DNA of 64,000 nt, taken from contig JANZKC010000001.1 in NCBI GenBank assembly GCA_025061115.1, positions 512,001 through 576,000 on the forward strand. The letters are read 5' to 3'. The notes under the pieces were generated by a model. That model had not been told where the DNA came from. It worked only from the letters and a program-made list of their open reading frames with translations, and did not search any database. The position numbers and the translations under genes are program-made. Shown here piece by piece: positions 49,578 to 61,076 of the stretch. Within the stretch, counting starts at the first letter, position 1; the number at the start of each line of letters is the position of its first letter. This DNA comes from Candidatus Culexmicrobium cathedralense (GTDB lineage: Archaea; Thermoproteota; Methanomethylicia; Culexarchaeales; Culexmicrobiaceae).

Positions 49578-50651
49578 CTAAGCAAAACCGACAATGTAGA
49601 TTTTCCCATTCAGCTTTATAAATCGAACTTCACTCCCCAACTTAACCTCAAGCTCCTCAGGCCTCTCAACCTCATAGACCTCATAGGAAGACAAGTCCAT
49701 CAACTGAACGGTATCCCCATAAGCCGAAAGCACAACTGCAGTTGGAAGCTCATCCATTGAAGCGATCTTCTCAACCTCACCAGACCAAACGGCCTTATAG
49801 CTTATCGAGCAGCGCCTCCAACTCCTCAAATCCAGACCGAAAAACCTTCCACCCCTAAAACCCTCAAAGCGCATAATTGAGCTCCCAACCCTAATTACGT
49901 CGCCGAAAGTGAAAGGAGGAAGCCTAACCGAAATCGTCAATCTGGAAAGCCGCTTACCAGTAGACTTCTCAACTCCAATCACCTTAAAGGTCTCCTTAAG
50001 CATAGCTCCAGTTTCATCCTTAATTCTGGAAGCAATTAGCTTAGCAATTCTAGTGCTTGCAAACTTGAAGTCGAAACCCCCGGTAACCCTCTTAGCTTCA
50101 ACGATGTAAGCGCTCCTATCGCTCTCAATCTCCCTTGAAACCAGATTTTCAACCAACCTACATATCAGAGTTACTTCATTCCTAGTCAACTGGCGATCTT
50201 CAGCTCTAACCTGAACCGTAGCCACATAGTATTTTGAAGCCATCTTAATGCAAATGGGGCAGCTCACCCGCTTAACTTCAACCTCAACCACCGCCTCCTC
50301 CTCATACTCGGGAATGGAGGGGTGAACGCTTCCAGAAGCAATAATTCTAACCACAACCCTGCCCTTACCTCTAAACTCCTCGGGGACGACCTTAAAGCTG
50401 CCTCGGCCAGCTAACTTAACGCTCCTCTTAACAGCCTCCGCGGAAGCTTCAAAAGCTGGATTACCTGTCCTGCACTTAACCCACCGGCCATTAACCCTAT
50501 AGGCGCCGCATGAACTGCAAACCTCAACTTCAAGTCGACTTGGAGCGCGAATCAACTTGTGGCGAGCCCTATAGCAGGACCAGCACAAATTATCTATTAA
50601 AGGCTCATCCTCGGACTCGAATTTGCCGCAAATAGCGCAAAATCTCCTCAC
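49578..50651 (-). CDS. nmd3: NMD3 family ribosome biogenesis protein
   Basis: FCAICG, LCWSC, VCSSCGA, CPIC, YY.ATVQVR and C-terminal eIF5A-like OB domain (VQLMDLSSYE). Confidence 0.9.
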   Translation of the reverse strand: MRRFCAICGKFESEDEPLIDNLCWSCYRARHKLIRAPSRLEVEVCSSCGAYRVNGRWVKCRTGNPAFEASAEAVKRSVKLAGRGSFKVVPEEFRGKGRVVVRIIASGSVHPSIPEYEEEAVVEVEVKRVSCPICIKMASKYYVATVQVRAEDRQLTRNEVTLICRLVENLVSREIESDRSAYIVEAKRVTGGFDFKFASTRIAKLIASRIKDETGAMLKETFKVIGVEKSTGKRLSRLTISVRLPPFTFGDVIRVGSSIMRFEGFRGGRFFGLDLRSWRRCSISYKAVWSGEVEKIASMDELPTAVVLSAYGDTVQLMDLSSYEVYEVERPEELEVKLGSEVRFIKLNGKIYIVGFA

Positions 50652-50673
50652 AACTTACACCCATCAAACCTGG

Positions 50674-51015
50674 CTAAATGATCTTCACGAACTGAGCATG
50701 AGGCTGACCCTCAATCCAAATAACTGCATCTTCATGAATTATCCCCTCCCTAATAGCGCTAGCCACAATCTCCTTGCCGACAATATTCCCTATCGAAGCG
50801 GACTTGAGCGCGACAATTGCTTCCTCGAGCGTGACAAGCCTTCCGCCATAAAAGCTCTCCTTAATCTCAATTTTAATCCTACCCTCCCTAAATGTCCTAC
50901 CAAGAATATCTGCATCGCAAACTGCGACCAGAATATCCTTGCCCCTAGACCAGATGTTCATGTAGAAAAGCTTTTCACCGTTGCTACAGCAATCCCTGCT
51001 CACATCATACACCAA
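50674..51015 (-). CDS. DUF424 family protein
   Basis: LVAVCD.DILG..F, ESFYGG, NIVG..IV..AI and I.G.PHAQ. Confidence 0.88.
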   Translation of the reverse strand: MVYDVSRDCCSNGEKLFYMNIWSRGKDILVAVCDADILGRTFREGRIKIEIKESFYGGRLVTLEEAIVALKSASIGNIVGKEIVASAIREGIIHEDAVIWIEGQPHAQFVKII

Positions 51016-51047
51016 TCAAAAATACATTTCAACACTTATTTAGCTTC

Positions 51048-51476
51048 CTAAATCCCCCTAACCGAAATGCTCGTTCTAGCTCCACATGCAGTGCAAACGA
51101 GAATGAACACCCTCCTCTCCTTGGTGACGTAGGTGTCCGGAGCCCCGCAAATCGGGCAAATCACGAAAAGCTTAGCATACCTCTCAACGACGTTGTTGAT
51201 GGTTGACCTCGAAAACCTGCCTTGAAGGAGAAGCCGCGAATCCTCAATCTCCCCAGCCGTACCAATCTCCCTCAAAATGAAGCGGGCAACCTGCTTCGGC
51301 TCCCTATTCAGGACGTCGCAAATATCCTTAAAATTGTGAATTATCGTCCTATTCCCAACTATGGAAACCAATGCTGATGGAATCTCAAATCTCTCAGCCT
51401 TAGTCACCGTCTTAGGAACCATAGACAATGCCCTTTCCAGAAGCTCCTCATAAGTCCATTCGCTTACGCTCTTCAA
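51048..51476 (-). CDS. eif2b: Translation initiation factor aIF-2 beta
   Basis: YEELLERA, RFEIP, GNRTII.NF, EIGTAG and CPICGAPDT...C.ACGA. Confidence 0.95.
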   Translation of the reverse strand: MKSVSEWTYEELLERALSMVPKTVTKAERFEIPSALVSIVGNRTIIHNFKDICDVLNREPKQVARFILREIGTAGEIEDSRLLLQGRFSRSTINNVVERYAKLFVICPICGAPDTYVTKERRVFILVCTACGARTSISVRGI

Positions 51477-51568
51477 GGTAAATCCTCCACCGCCATATCG
51501 CCATCCGCAAACATAAAGTTTTCTCCACCCTCAACCTATTAAATCGAAATCATTAAAGTTAATTATCG

Positions 51569-52936
51569 GTGATCCAGTTGGAGTACATCATCATGGCGAA
51601 GTCAGCGGTAACCATGAGCGAGCTAGGAGTAATCAGGGATGCAGCCATAGTGGTCGAGGAAGGCGAAGTAATTGAAGTTGGAAGGCAAAGCCAGTTGAAG
51701 TCCAAGTACCCAAGGTACGAGAAGGTGGACGCATCAAACTGCGTTGTAATTCCAGGCCTAATAAACGCCCACACCCACATGGCCATGAGCCTGCTGAGAG
51801 GATACGCGGACGACCTAATGCTACACGAATGGCTTGAAAAGTGGATCTGGCCCCTCGAAAGCAAGATGAGCAGCCGAGACATATACGTAGGAGCCCTACT
51901 AGCATCAGTTGAAGCAGTCAAAATGGGGACAACAACGGTCAACACCATGTACCACTACAACCCAGACTACAACGAGGCGAAGGCAATCCTGGAAGTGGGA
52001 TTAAGGGGAGTAGTATCCCACGTCTGCTTCAGCTGGAGGAAGGAAGAAGACTTCAAGCAGCTAAACCACCTAACCAAGCACTGGCACGGCAAAGGCAGCT
52101 GGAAAATTAGAGCTGCAATATCACCCCACGCACCATACACGGTCGACCCGAAATACATGATAGAACTTAGGGAGTACGCCGACGAGCTCAACAAGGACGC
52201 CCAAAAGGACTACGAGAAAATCATAGTTCACATACACCTAGCAGAAACCAAAAATGAAGCTGAACTAGTCAAGCAAAAATTCAAAGTAAATGTCAGCGAA
52301 GGAGTCGTCAAGTACCTATACGACTTGAAGGTTCTCAAGGAAGACGTAGTTGCAGCCCACTGCACTTGGCTCACAGACAAGGACATCCAAGCCCTGAAAA
52401 AGGCCAATGTAAAGGCAGTGCACAACCCAGCAAGCAACCTCAAGCTAGCATCCGGAATAAGTCCAGTGCACAAACTGCTCAGCGAAGGAATCACAGTTGC
52501 CCTTGGAACCGACAGCGCATGCTCAAGCAACTCGCTCGACATGTTTGAAGCAGTGAAGCTCGCAGCCCTCCTACATAAGGGAGCAACCCTAAACCCAACC
52601 GTCGTGCCAGCTGAAACAGCACTAAAAATGGCTACAGTAAATGGAGCTAAAGCGCTGAGCTGGAGCAGCCAAATAGGCACGATCAAGCCCGGAGTGAAAG
52701 CGGACCTCGTAATCATAGACTTCAACAAGCCGCACCTAAAGCCCCTATTCAACGAGTTAAGCCACCTAGTCTACGCAGTTAAAAGCCTGGACGTTAGAGA
52801 CGTAATGGTCAACGGAGAATTCATCGTCGAAAACGGCAAGGTGAAAACCGTCGATGAAAACTGGGTCATGAAGGAAGCTGAAAAAGTTAAAGAAAGCCTA
52901 CTTGAAAGATTACGTGGGGAAGCGCGTGAAGTTTAA
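51569..52936 (+). CDS. mtaD: Amidohydrolase, 5'-methylthioadenosine/SAH deaminase (MtaD/DadD-like)
   Basis: [21 protein letters not shown]...[28 protein letters not shown] and LGTD. Confidence 0.82.
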   Translation: MIQLEYIIMAKSAVTMSELGVIRDAAIVVEEGEVIEVGRQSQLKSKYPRYEKVDASNCVVIPGLINAHTHMAMSLLRGYADDLMLHEWLEKWIWPLESKMSSRDIYVGALLASVEAVKMGTTTVNTMYHYNPDYNEAKAILEVGLRGVVSHVCFSWRKEEDFKQLNHLTKHWHGKGSWKIRAAISPHAPYTVDPKYMIELREYADELNKDAQKDYEKIIVHIHLAETKNEAELVKQKFKVNVSEGVVKYLYDLKVLKEDVVAAHCTWLTDKDIQALKKANVKAVHNPASNLKLASGISPVHKLLSEGITVALGTDSACSSNSLDMFEAVKLAALLHKGATLNPTVVPAETALKMATVNGAKALSWSSQIGTIKPGVKADLVIIDFNKPHLKPLFNELSHLVYAVKSLDVRDVMVNGEFIVENGKVKTVDENWVMKEAEKVKESLLERLRGEAREV

Positions 52937-54167
52937 AGTTAAAGACTTAAAGTTGGCGGAGCAGGGAAGAAGGCAAATAGAGTGGGCAGAATCGAAAATG
53001 CCAGTTCTAATGAAAATTAGGGAGAGATTCAAATCCGAAAAGCCGCTGGAAGGCATGAAGGTAAGCGCTTGCCTCCACGTAACCAAGGAAACAGCAGTTC
53101 TAATGAAAACGCTAATCGCAGGAGGAGCTGAAGTAGCGCTAAGCGCATCCAACCCACTCTCAACCCAAGATGAAGTGGCAGCAGCACTCGTCGAAGAGGG
53201 AATAAGCGTATACGCGTGGAGAGGCCAAAGCGAAGAAGACTACTTCAACTGCATAGGGCTCTCGCTAAAGCACAAGCCAGACATAACAATGGATGATGGA
53301 GGAGACCTAACCGTCAAAGCGCACATGGACGGATACGCCGAAGAAGTCATTGGAGGAACCGAGGAAACGACCACAGGAGTATTAAGGCTGAAAGCCATGG
53401 AGAAGCAGGGAGTTCTAAAGTACCCAATAATCGCAGTCAACGACGCGCACACCAAATACCTATTCGACAACAGGCATGGAACTGGGCAAAGCACGATCGA
53501 CGGAATAATGAGGGCGACAAACGTGCTACTAGCAGGAAAAAACGTGGTAGTAGCAGGCTACGGCTGGTGCGGAAAGGGAATAGCGATGAGAGCCAAAGGA
53601 ATGGGCGCAAATGTAATAGTAACCGAGGTAAACCCGCTAAGAGCGCTAGAGGCAGTGATGGATGGCTTCAGGGTCATGCCCATGGAAAAGGCAGCCGAAG
53701 TAGGAGACATATTCATAACCGCAACAGGAAACATCAACGTCATAAGAGGAGAGCACATGATAAAAATGAAAAGCGGAGCAATACTCGCAAATAGCGGCCA
53801 CTTCAACGTCGAAATAAACCTAAAAGACCTTGAGAGCCTAGCCACCTCCAAGAGGAAAATAAGGCCCAACGTCGATGAATACACCCTCAAAAACGGAAGA
53901 AAACTATACCTACTATGCGAAGGAAGGCTTGTAAACCTAGCAGCTGCAGAGGGACACCCAAGCGAAGTAATGGACATGTCATTCTCAAACCAAGCACTAT
54001 CAGTCGAATACCTAGCGAGAAAAGGCAAAGAGCTAAAGCCAGCAGTCTACAAGGTTCCAGAATTCATAGATGTCGAGGTAGCGAGACTAAAGCTGAAAAG
54101 CCTAGGAATAGAAATAGACAAGCTAACAAAAGAGCAGGAAGAGTACATACAGAAATGGCAGCTCTAA
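52926..54167 (+). CDS. ahcY: Adenosylhomocysteinase
   Basis: [44 protein letters not shown] and GRLVNL...GHP. GTG start overlaps mtaD. Confidence 0.96.
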   Translation: MKFKVKDLKLAEQGRRQIEWAESKMPVLMKIRERFKSEKPLEGMKVSACLHVTKETAVLMKTLIAGGAEVALSASNPLSTQDEVAAALVEEGISVYAWRGQSEEDYFNCIGLSLKHKPDITMDDGGDLTVKAHMDGYAEEVIGGTEETTTGVLRLKAMEKQGVLKYPIIAVNDAHTKYLFDNRHGTGQSTIDGIMRATNVLLAGKNVVVAGYGWCGKGIAMRAKGMGANVIVTEVNPLRALEAVMDGFRVMPMEKAAEVGDIFITATGNINVIRGEHMIKMKSGAILANSGHFNVEINLKDLESLATSKRKIRPNVDEYTLKNGRKLYLLCEGRLVNLAAAEGHPSEVMDMSFSNQALSVEYLARKGKELKPAVYKVPEFIDVEVARLKLKSLGIEIDKLTKEQEEYIQKWQL

Positions 54168-54203
54168 TTAGGAAAATTTATTGACAAGTAGTTAAAGATA
54201 AGC

Positions 54204-55181
54204 ATGGGGGTGCTACTAATAGAAATCTCTAAGAAAGCGAAGAGACTAACAGACCTGCCAGGAGTAGGGCCGGCAACCGCGGAAAAGCTCATCAACGCAG
54301 GATTCAGCTCCCTTGAATCCATAGCCATCGCAACTCCAAGCGAGCTCGCAGCAGCCACAGGCGTGTCCGAAAAGGCGGCGCAAAAAATAATAATTGCAGC
54401 AAGGGCAGCCCTCGACATCGGATTCAAAACAGCAGACATAATCTACGAGCAGCGATTAAAGGTCAGCAGAATAACAACTGGAAGCAGAAGCCTAGACAAG
54501 CTACTAGGAGGAGGAGTTGAAACCCAAACAATAACCGAAGTATTCGGAGAATTCGGAAGCGGAAAAACCCAGCTAGCACATCAGCTGTCAGTAAACGTGC
54601 AACTGCCAATCGAGGCCGGAGGATTAAATGGGAAGGCACTCTACATAGACTGCGAAGGAACCTTCAGGCCCGAAAGAATAGTCACAATGGCAAACGCCCT
54701 AGGACTAGACCCAAAAGAAACGCTGAAAAACATCATATTCGCAAGAGCGTACAACTCAGACCACCAAATGCTAATCGCGGAGCAGGCAAAGGAAATAATT
54801 GAAGATGAAAACATAAAGCTAATAGTAGTAGACAGCGTAACAGGCCACTTCAGGGCAGAATACCCAGGGAGGGAAAGCCTAGCTGAAAGGCAGCAAAAAC
54901 TTAACAGGCACCTACACACCCTGGCAAGGCTAGCGGACGTATACAACATAGCAGTCTTCATAACCAACCAGGTAATGTCAAGGCCAGACGCATTCTTCGG
55001 AGATCCAACAACGGCGGTTGGAGGCCACGTACTATTCCACGTGCCAGGAGCAAGAATATACTTGAGGAAAGCCAAGGGCAATAGGAGAATAGCGAGGCTA
55101 GTTGACAGCCCATACCTACCTGAAGGAGAAGCGATATTCGCGATAACCGAGGAAGGAATAAGAGACGCAGAGGGAAGCTAG
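54204..55181 (+). CDS. radA: DNA repair and recombination protein RadA
   Basis: N-terminal HhH (LPGVGPATA), [38 protein letters not shown] and DSPYLPE. Confidence 0.97.
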   Translation: MGVLLIEISKKAKRLTDLPGVGPATAEKLINAGFSSLESIAIATPSELAAATGVSEKAAQKIIIAARAALDIGFKTADIIYEQRLKVSRITTGSRSLDKLLGGGVETQTITEVFGEFGSGKTQLAHQLSVNVQLPIEAGGLNGKALYIDCEGTFRPERIVTMANALGLDPKETLKNIIFARAYNSDHQMLIAEQAKEIIEDENIKLIVVDSVTGHFRAEYPGRESLAERQQKLNRHLHTLARLADVYNIAVFITNQVMSRPDAFFGDPTTAVGGHVLFHVPGARIYLRKAKGNRRIARLVDSPYLPEGEAIFAITEEGIRDAEGS

Positions 55182-55241
55182 AAGCCAGCCACTGCTAAAG
55201 AATTTAAATCCACAAAACAAAGTAAGCTAAGGGGCTCGAAG

Positions 55242-56375
55242 CTGATTAGGAAAACCCATCTCCACGACCACTTCGTAGCTAAAGGAGCAAAAATGGTTGA
55301 CTTCGCAGGCTGGCACATGCCACTATGGTTTGAAAGCATAATAAAGGAGCACCTAGCAGTTAGGAATGCCGTAGGAATTTTCGACGTAACCCACATGGGG
55401 AGAATGCTCATAACCGGAAAAGACTCATGCAGCTTTCTCCAGTACGTAACAACCAACAACGTCGAAAAGCTCAAGGTCAAAAGGCTTCACTACTCAACAA
55501 TCTGCAATCCAAGCGGAGGAATAAAGGACGACATAATGCTCCTAAGACTAGAGGAGGAGAAGTACCTTCTCATATGCAACGCCTCAAATAGAGAGAAGAT
55601 ATTCAACTGGCTTAAACAGCACGCCGAAAAATATCAAGTTCAAGTGGAAAACATCTCAGACGAAGTCCCCATGTTCGCGCTTCAAGGACCCCTAGCCGAG
55701 AAAACCCTTCAAAAGCTAGTTGAAGCGGATTTAAGCAAGCTCAAGCACTGGAGATTAACCAAGGCGAAAATCCTAGGAGTAGAAGCAGTAATCAGCAGGT
55801 CAGGCTACACGGGCGAAGACGGCTTCGAAATAACCCTGTGGAGAATACCCCTAAGCGAAGCCCAAAAGGCAGTTGAAGTTTACGAGGCAATACTCGAAGC
55901 CGGAAAGGAATATGGAATAGCGGAATGCGGGCTAGGAGCAAGAGATACATTAAGGCTGGAAGCAGGACTAGTCCTCTACGGAAACGACATCGACGAAGCC
56001 ACAACACCACTAGAGGCAAAGCTGGAATGGGTGGTAAAGTTCGAAAAGGGAGAATTCATAGGAAGAGAAGCACTCATGAAGCAAGCGGAGGAAGGACTAA
56101 AGAGAATTAGAGTCGGACTAAAAATGATTGATAGAGGAATACCTAGGCAGCACTACGAAATATACAGCGGAGAAGAAAAAATCGGAACAATAACCAGCGG
56201 AACGTACTCGCCACTGCTAAAGGTTGGAATAGCCATGGGCTACGTGAAACCACAATATGCAGAGCCAAAAACGCAAGTCGAAGTCGTTATTAGGGGGAAA
56301 AGAGCAAAAGCAGAAATAGTAGATTGGCCATTCTACGACCCCACAGCTTACGGAAGAAGGAGGGTGAAAAAATGA
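55242..56375 (+). CDS. gcvT: Glycine cleavage system T protein; probable non-canonical CTG/ATT start
   Basis: In-frame upstream IRKTHLHDHF...GAKMVDFAGW, FDVTHMG, SRSGYTGEDGFE, GLGARDTLRLEAG and TSGTYSP. Confidence 0.93.
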   Translation: MIRKTHLHDHFVAKGAKMVDFAGWHMPLWFESIIKEHLAVRNAVGIFDVTHMGRMLITGKDSCSFLQYVTTNNVEKLKVKRLHYSTICNPSGGIKDDIMLLRLEEEKYLLICNASNREKIFNWLKQHAEKYQVQVENISDEVPMFALQGPLAEKTLQKLVEADLSKLKHWRLTKAKILGVEAVISRSGYTGEDGFEITLWRIPLSEAQKAVEVYEAILEAGKEYGIAECGLGARDTLRLEAGLVLYGNDIDEATTPLEAKLEWVVKFEKGEFIGREALMKQAEEGLKRIRVGLKMIDRGIPRQHYEIYSGEEKIGTITSGTYSPLLKVGIAMGYVKPQYAEPKTQVEVVIRGKRAKAEIVDWPFYDPTAYGRRRVKK

Positions 56376-56785
56376 AGGTAAACGACTATGAAGTTAGGGA
56401 GGAGCTGTACTACACCAAAGAGCATGAGTGGGCTAAAATTGAAGGAGAACTCGTCCGAATAGGAATAACGGACTACGCGCAGAAGCAGCTGAGAGACATA
56501 GTTTACGTCGAACTTCCCGAAGTAGGCAAGAAGATAAGCAAAATGGGCGTCCTCGGAACAGTCGAGTCGGTAAAGGCGGTATCAGAGGTTTACAGCCCAC
56601 TAAGCGGAGAAGTTGTCGAGGTAAATGAGGAGCTGGAAAACAGCCCAGAGCTAATAAATCAAGACCCCTACGGGGAAGGGTGGATAGCAGTACTAAAGCC
56701 AAGCAACCTTGAAGAAGAGCTCAAGGACCTCATGAAAGCCGATGAATATGCAGAATACTTGAAAAAGGAAGTTGAAGAGCATTAA
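56372..56785 (+). CDS. gcvH: Glycine cleavage system H protein
   Basis: YTKEHEW, GITDYAQ, lipoyl-lysine ESVKA and N.DPYGEGW. ATGA overlap with gcvT. Confidence 0.95.
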   Translation: MKVNDYEVREELYYTKEHEWAKIEGELVRIGITDYAQKQLRDIVYVELPEVGKKISKMGVLGTVESVKAVSEVYSPLSGEVVEVNEELENSPELINQDPYGEGWIAVLKPSNLEEELKDLMKADEYAEYLKKEVEEH

Positions 56786-57897
56786 GCAACTCTAACTATT
56801 TTTTCCTCACCATAATCGGTTATAACCCTCATATATCCCCTCAAAAGCTCATCCACCTCGGGATCCCCAGTATCAACCCTAAGGCAAGGTATGGTTGAAA
56901 GCTTATAGTGCGTAGCAACCACAACGATGTTTCTACGCCCAACTCTCCTAATAACTTCAGGGCTAATCTGCTGATTCCCCCTACCGAAGATGAAGCCCTG
57001 ACTCCCAATAGGCGTAACCACAATGACGCTTCGCCTACCCTCAATTTCGCTCAGAATTCTCCTCTCATCAACGTCAAGAGCTAAAAGCCTCCTGCCATGA
57101 AGAACGTCGACTCCAAGGAGAGTTTTAGGCAAGCCGAGGACGTCGGCAATCGCCTTAACAGTGGTTCCAGGACCCAAAATGTAGATTACATCATCCTCCA
57201 TTCGCTCCACAAAGTACCTCGCAATCGCCAATTGATTTTCCCGCTCATCCTCAGTTTGGGGGCTGGGAGACTTAGCGCTTTGAATGTAGTTTGGCTCATA
57301 TGGAACAAGCAAGTAGCCGTAAAGCCTAGCTGAAAGGCGGCCCTCCCTAAAAGCCTCCTCATCAACATCCATGACCTCAGCCTCCCTCAGAGGAAGATTT
57401 CCGGCCAAAAATTCGGCTACAACCTTAGCTGCAACCGCAGGATTAATGGCAAAAACTGCGGAGTGCATTTTAACTCCAGTAGGAACGCCCAAAACTGGAA
57501 CCTTCAAGTCCACCGACTCGCAGACATCCCGAGCAGTTCCATCGCCACCGCAAAAAACGATTAGGTCAACGCCGAGCTCAGCCATCTGGGCAGCAGCACG
57601 CCTGGTATCCTCCGCAGAGGTTCGATCGCCAATCTCCCCAACAACTACTGGATCGAAGCCGCACTCCCTAGCTTCAAACTCACCCATCTCCCTAGGGTAA
57701 GTTATCAAGGTGCACTGGACCCCAAGCCTCCTCAGCTCCCTAAGCATCTGCTTAGCTCTCTCAGGAGCAACCGGCTTCGCCCCAAGCCTAATCGCTAATT
57801 TAAGAATCTCCTCACCGTCAGTCCCCTTTAAGCCAACTCTACCGCCCATTCCAGCTATGGGGTTAACTATGAAGCCAAGCCTCTTCATATCAACCAC
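56782..57897 (-). CDS. ATP-NAD kinase family protein (AcoX-like)
   Basis: NPIAGMGGRVGLKGTDG, GGDGTARD, PTGVKMHS and QGFIFGRGNQQIS. Confidence 0.85.
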   Translation of the reverse strand: MVDMKRLGFIVNPIAGMGGRVGLKGTDGEEILKLAIRLGAKPVAPERAKQMLRELRRLGVQCTLITYPREMGEFEARECGFDPVVVGEIGDRTSAEDTRRAAAQMAELGVDLIVFCGGDGTARDVCESVDLKVPVLGVPTGVKMHSAVFAINPAVAAKVVAEFLAGNLPLREAEVMDVDEEAFREGRLSARLYGYLLVPYEPNYIQSAKSPSPQTEDERENQLAIARYFVERMEDDVIYILGPGTTVKAIADVLGLPKTLLGVDVLHGRRLLALDVDERRILSEIEGRRSVIVVTPIGSQGFIFGRGNQQISPEVIRRVGRRNIVVVATHYKLSTIPCLRVDTGDPEVDELLRGYMRVITDYGEEKIVRVA

Positions 57898-60800
57898 TAA
57901 AGGGGAGTTATGCCCATCCTATACTCTTCGTCATCTATCCTCCAAAGCTTCTCGTACGCAGCCTTGTAGGGCGGCGTCTGCGTGAGAAGAAGCTCCTTAA
58001 CCCTCACTTCCCTCAAGATGTACCACTCCATGGACTTGAGCATCTCCAGAATCCTCCTATTGGAAACCGCCACGTAAGCGTCGATGTAAGCCTCAATTGG
58101 AAGGTCGAGCTCCTTCCTCATTTCCTGCAATCTCCTCACAACCTCCCTAGCCAATCCCTCGGCAATCAGCTCATCGGTCAACTCCACGTTCAAGTAGATG
58201 TCTCCAAAGTTGAATGAGGACCTCACATAGCCCTCTGCAACCTCCTCCCTCACAACGAGGTCCTCAGCAGTCAATCTAATTCGCTCCCCATCAATTTCAA
58301 CTTCATAATAGCCGCTGGAGTCAAGAGCCCTCTTAACCTCAGCAGGATCAACCGACTGGAGAGCTTCCAGCAGCAACTTAAACTTATCCTTAAGCTTCGG
58401 CCCTAAGGAGGCATGGTTCGGACTTACTTGAATCACCTTAAGCTCATCCTCCTCACCTTTAGCGAGAAGCCTAACCTGCTTGACATTTGCTTGCTCGCAA
58501 ATCACTGACTTAAACTCCTCAATTGCACTATCAACTTCAGGCATATCCGAAGCAACCAGCAGCTCCATCAAAGGATATCTGAGCTTTATCCTTGCACTCT
58601 GCCTAGCACTCAGGGCAGCCTCCACAATCGACCTAGCTATACCCATAAGCTTCACAAGCCTCTCATCCACGAGGTCTTCAATAGGCTCAGGCCAGTCGCA
58701 CATGTGAATGCTTTCAGGAAGACCTTCATCTGCAGGCCTGAAAATCCCTTGATAAAGCTTCTCGGTTATGAATGGAATTATTGGAGCAGCCAACTTCAAG
58801 AAAGCGAGAAGCACGTGATAAAGAGTTGCGTAAGCAGCAAACTTCGTTGGATCCTCACTTTCAATCCAAGTTCTCCGCCTAATCAGCTTGATATACCATC
58901 TGCTAACGTCCTCAACTATGAAGTCCCTCAAAGCTCTAGCTGCCTCATGAATGTGAAGACTCTCCATAGCCTCAGTAACCTTCCTAACCAGCAATTGGGT
59001 CTTGCTTAGAAGCCACCTATCCTCAGGCTGAAGGTGCTCCCTAACGTCATTCAAGCTGCACTTAGCAGGAGAGTAGCCGTCCAAGTTCATGTAAAGGCTT
59101 GCAAAGTAGTAGACGCTCCACATTATCTTCAACGCCCTATAGACCTCGCCCAGCTCATCCATGGAGAAGCGCAGGTCCTCCCAAGGAGTGCACTGGAGCT
59201 CATACCACCTGAGAGCATCCCTACTATACCTGCTGAAAACCTCTTCAGGGTAAACAACGTTTCCAAGCGACTTGTGCATTGCCCTGCCATACTGGTCAAG
59301 GGACCAGCCGTGCATTAGCACCTGCTTGTAGGGGGATCTGCCGAATCCAATGTAGCTGCTGACAAGCAGGGTGTAGAACCAACCCCTAGTCTGGTCAGGG
59401 CCCTCAAGGATCAAGTCCGCTGGCCACCACTTCTTAAACTCATCCTCACGCGATGGGAAGCCCAAGCAAGCCCATGAAGCAACGCTTGAATCCATCCAAA
59501 CGTCTAGAATGTCAGGTACCCTACGCATCTCTCCTCCACACTTGCACTTCAAAACAACTTCATCTATCCAAGGCTTATGAAGGTCGAGGACAGGCGGAAG
59601 CCTTACGGCTTTGCTCTTCAACTCCTCTACGGAGCCAATAACCTCCCTACGCCCACACTTCTCGCAGATCCATATTGGGAGTGGGGCACCCCAATACCGC
59701 TGCCTCGAAATAACCCAGTCCCTCACATTTAAGAGCCAATTCCTAAACCTACTCCTTCCAGCCCAGTCGGGAACCCACTTTATCCGCTCATTCTCCTCAA
59801 GAAGCTTCTCCTTTATCTCCGGAACCCTGATAAACCACTGCCTAGTCGCCCTGAGAAGAAGCGGAGTCTTACAGCGCCAGCAATGAGGATACCTATGCCT
59901 AACCTTCCCCCTATAGAGAAGGAGGCCCTTCCTCTCCAAGTCCCTAATTATATCCTCATTAGCATCCCAAATCAGCTTACCAGCATACTTACCTGCTTCA
60001 CCCGTAAACCTCCCAGACTCATCCACGGGAGAAACTACGGGCAAGTTGTACTTCAACCCTACAAGGAAGTCCTCTTCACCATGCCCAGGAGCAGAGTGAA
60101 CGCACCCAGTACCCTCCTCCATCGACACGAACTCCTCACTCAAAACAACCCTATGGGCGCCGCGGATTCTCCTCTGAACATCAACCTCATCGAGGAGCGG
60201 AGGAACGTACTTCAATCCCTCGAGCTTCCTACCTGGAAATCGCTCTAAAATTTCATAGTCCAACCCGACCTCGCTGAAGACGGCCTCACACCTAGGCTCA
60301 GCTAAAATGTAAACTTCATCTCCAACTCTAGCTCTCACATAAGTATGCTCGGGATGAACCATAACAGCAACATTAGCAGGCAAAGTCCATGGAGTCGTAG
60401 TCCAAATTAGGATGAACTCACCATCCCTACCCTCAACCGGAAACTTAACGTATATGGACGGGTCCTCAACCTCACGATACGCGTCGGTCACCTCATATCC
60501 CGAAAGCACAGTTTCACATCGAGGACACCAGTGGAAAACCATGTAGCCAACATCAAGCAACCCCTTCTCCTCAGCCTTCTTAACCACCCACCACTCAGCC
60601 TCGATATACTCCCTAGCTATGGTCATGTAGGGCTTATCCCAATCCATCCAAACTCCCAAATTCTTAAACTGCCTCTCAAGAACCTTCAAGTGCTCAAGAG
60701 CATACTCCCGGCACTCCTCAACGAAGCGCTTAACTCCAAGGGACTCTATATCCTTCTTCGTCCTGAGGCCAAGTTTCCTCTCAACCATAACTTCAATGGG

Positions 60801-61076
60801 TAGGCCATGCATGTCATAGCCAGGCTGATCCCTAACATCATAACCCCTCATCCTATAAAACCTTAGGAAAGCATCCTTCAACACCTTGTTCCAAGCAGTT
60901 CCCACGTGAATTGGATTGGTAACGTACGGCGGCCCATCCAAGAAGTAGAATTTTGGACCATTAGCTCTAAGCCTCTTAACCTTATCATAAATCCTGTTCT
61001 CATCCCACCACTTTAAAACTTCAAGCTCCCCTTCACTGCCAGGATAATCCCTACTTATAGCTCCAACAACACCCAT
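57897..61076 (-). CDS. ileS: Isoleucyl-tRNA synthetase (archaeal/eukaryotic type)
   Basis: DGPPY, HVGT (HIGH), GYDMHGLPIE, WTTTPWTLP, GTGCVH.APGHG, DWVISRQRYWG, EGPDQTRGWFY and AMHKS (KMSKS). ATG 61076 follows GGAGGG. Confidence 0.96.
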   Translation of the reverse strand: MGVVGAISRDYPGSEGELEVLKWWDENRIYDKVKRLRANGPKFYFLDGPPYVTNPIHVGTAWNKVLKDAFLRFYRMRGYDVRDQPGYDMHGLPIEVMVERKLGLRTKKDIESLGVKRFVEECREYALEHLKVLERQFKNLGVWMDWDKPYMTIAREYIEAEWWVVKKAEEKGLLDVGYMVFHWCPRCETVLSGYEVTDAYREVEDPSIYVKFPVEGRDGEFILIWTTTPWTLPANVAVMVHPEHTYVRARVGDEVYILAEPRCEAVFSEVGLDYEILERFPGRKLEGLKYVPPLLDEVDVQRRIRGAHRVVLSEEFVSMEEGTGCVHSAPGHGEEDFLVGLKYNLPVVSPVDESGRFTGEAGKYAGKLIWDANEDIIRDLERKGLLLYRGKVRHRYPHCWRCKTPLLLRATRQWFIRVPEIKEKLLEENERIKWVPDWAGRSRFRNWLLNVRDWVISRQRYWGAPLPIWICEKCGRREVIGSVEELKSKAVRLPPVLDLHKPWIDEVVLKCKCGGEMRRVPDILDVWMDSSVASWACLGFPSREDEFKKWWPADLILEGPDQTRGWFYTLLVSSYIGFGRSPYKQVLMHGWSLDQYGRAMHKSLGNVVYPEEVFSRYSRDALRWYELQCTPWEDLRFSMDELGEVYRALKIMWSVYYFASLYMNLDGYSPAKCSLNDVREHLQPEDRWLLSKTQLLVRKVTEAMESLHIHEAARALRDFIVEDVSRWYIKLIRRRTWIESEDPTKFAAYATLYHVLLAFLKLAAPIIPFITEKLYQGIFRPADEGLPESIHMCDWPEPIEDLVDERLVKLMGIARSIVEAALSARQSARIKLRYPLMELLVASDMPEVDSAIEEFKSVICEQANVKQVRLLAKGEEDELKVIQVSPNHASLGPKLKDKFKLLLEALQSVDPAEVKRALDSSGYYEVEIDGERIRLTAEDLVVREEVAEGYVRSSFNFGDIYLNVELTDELIAEGLAREVVRRLQEMRKELDLPIEAYIDAYVAVSNRRILEMLKSMEWYILREVRVKELLLTQTPPYKAAYEKLWRIDDEEYRMGITPL

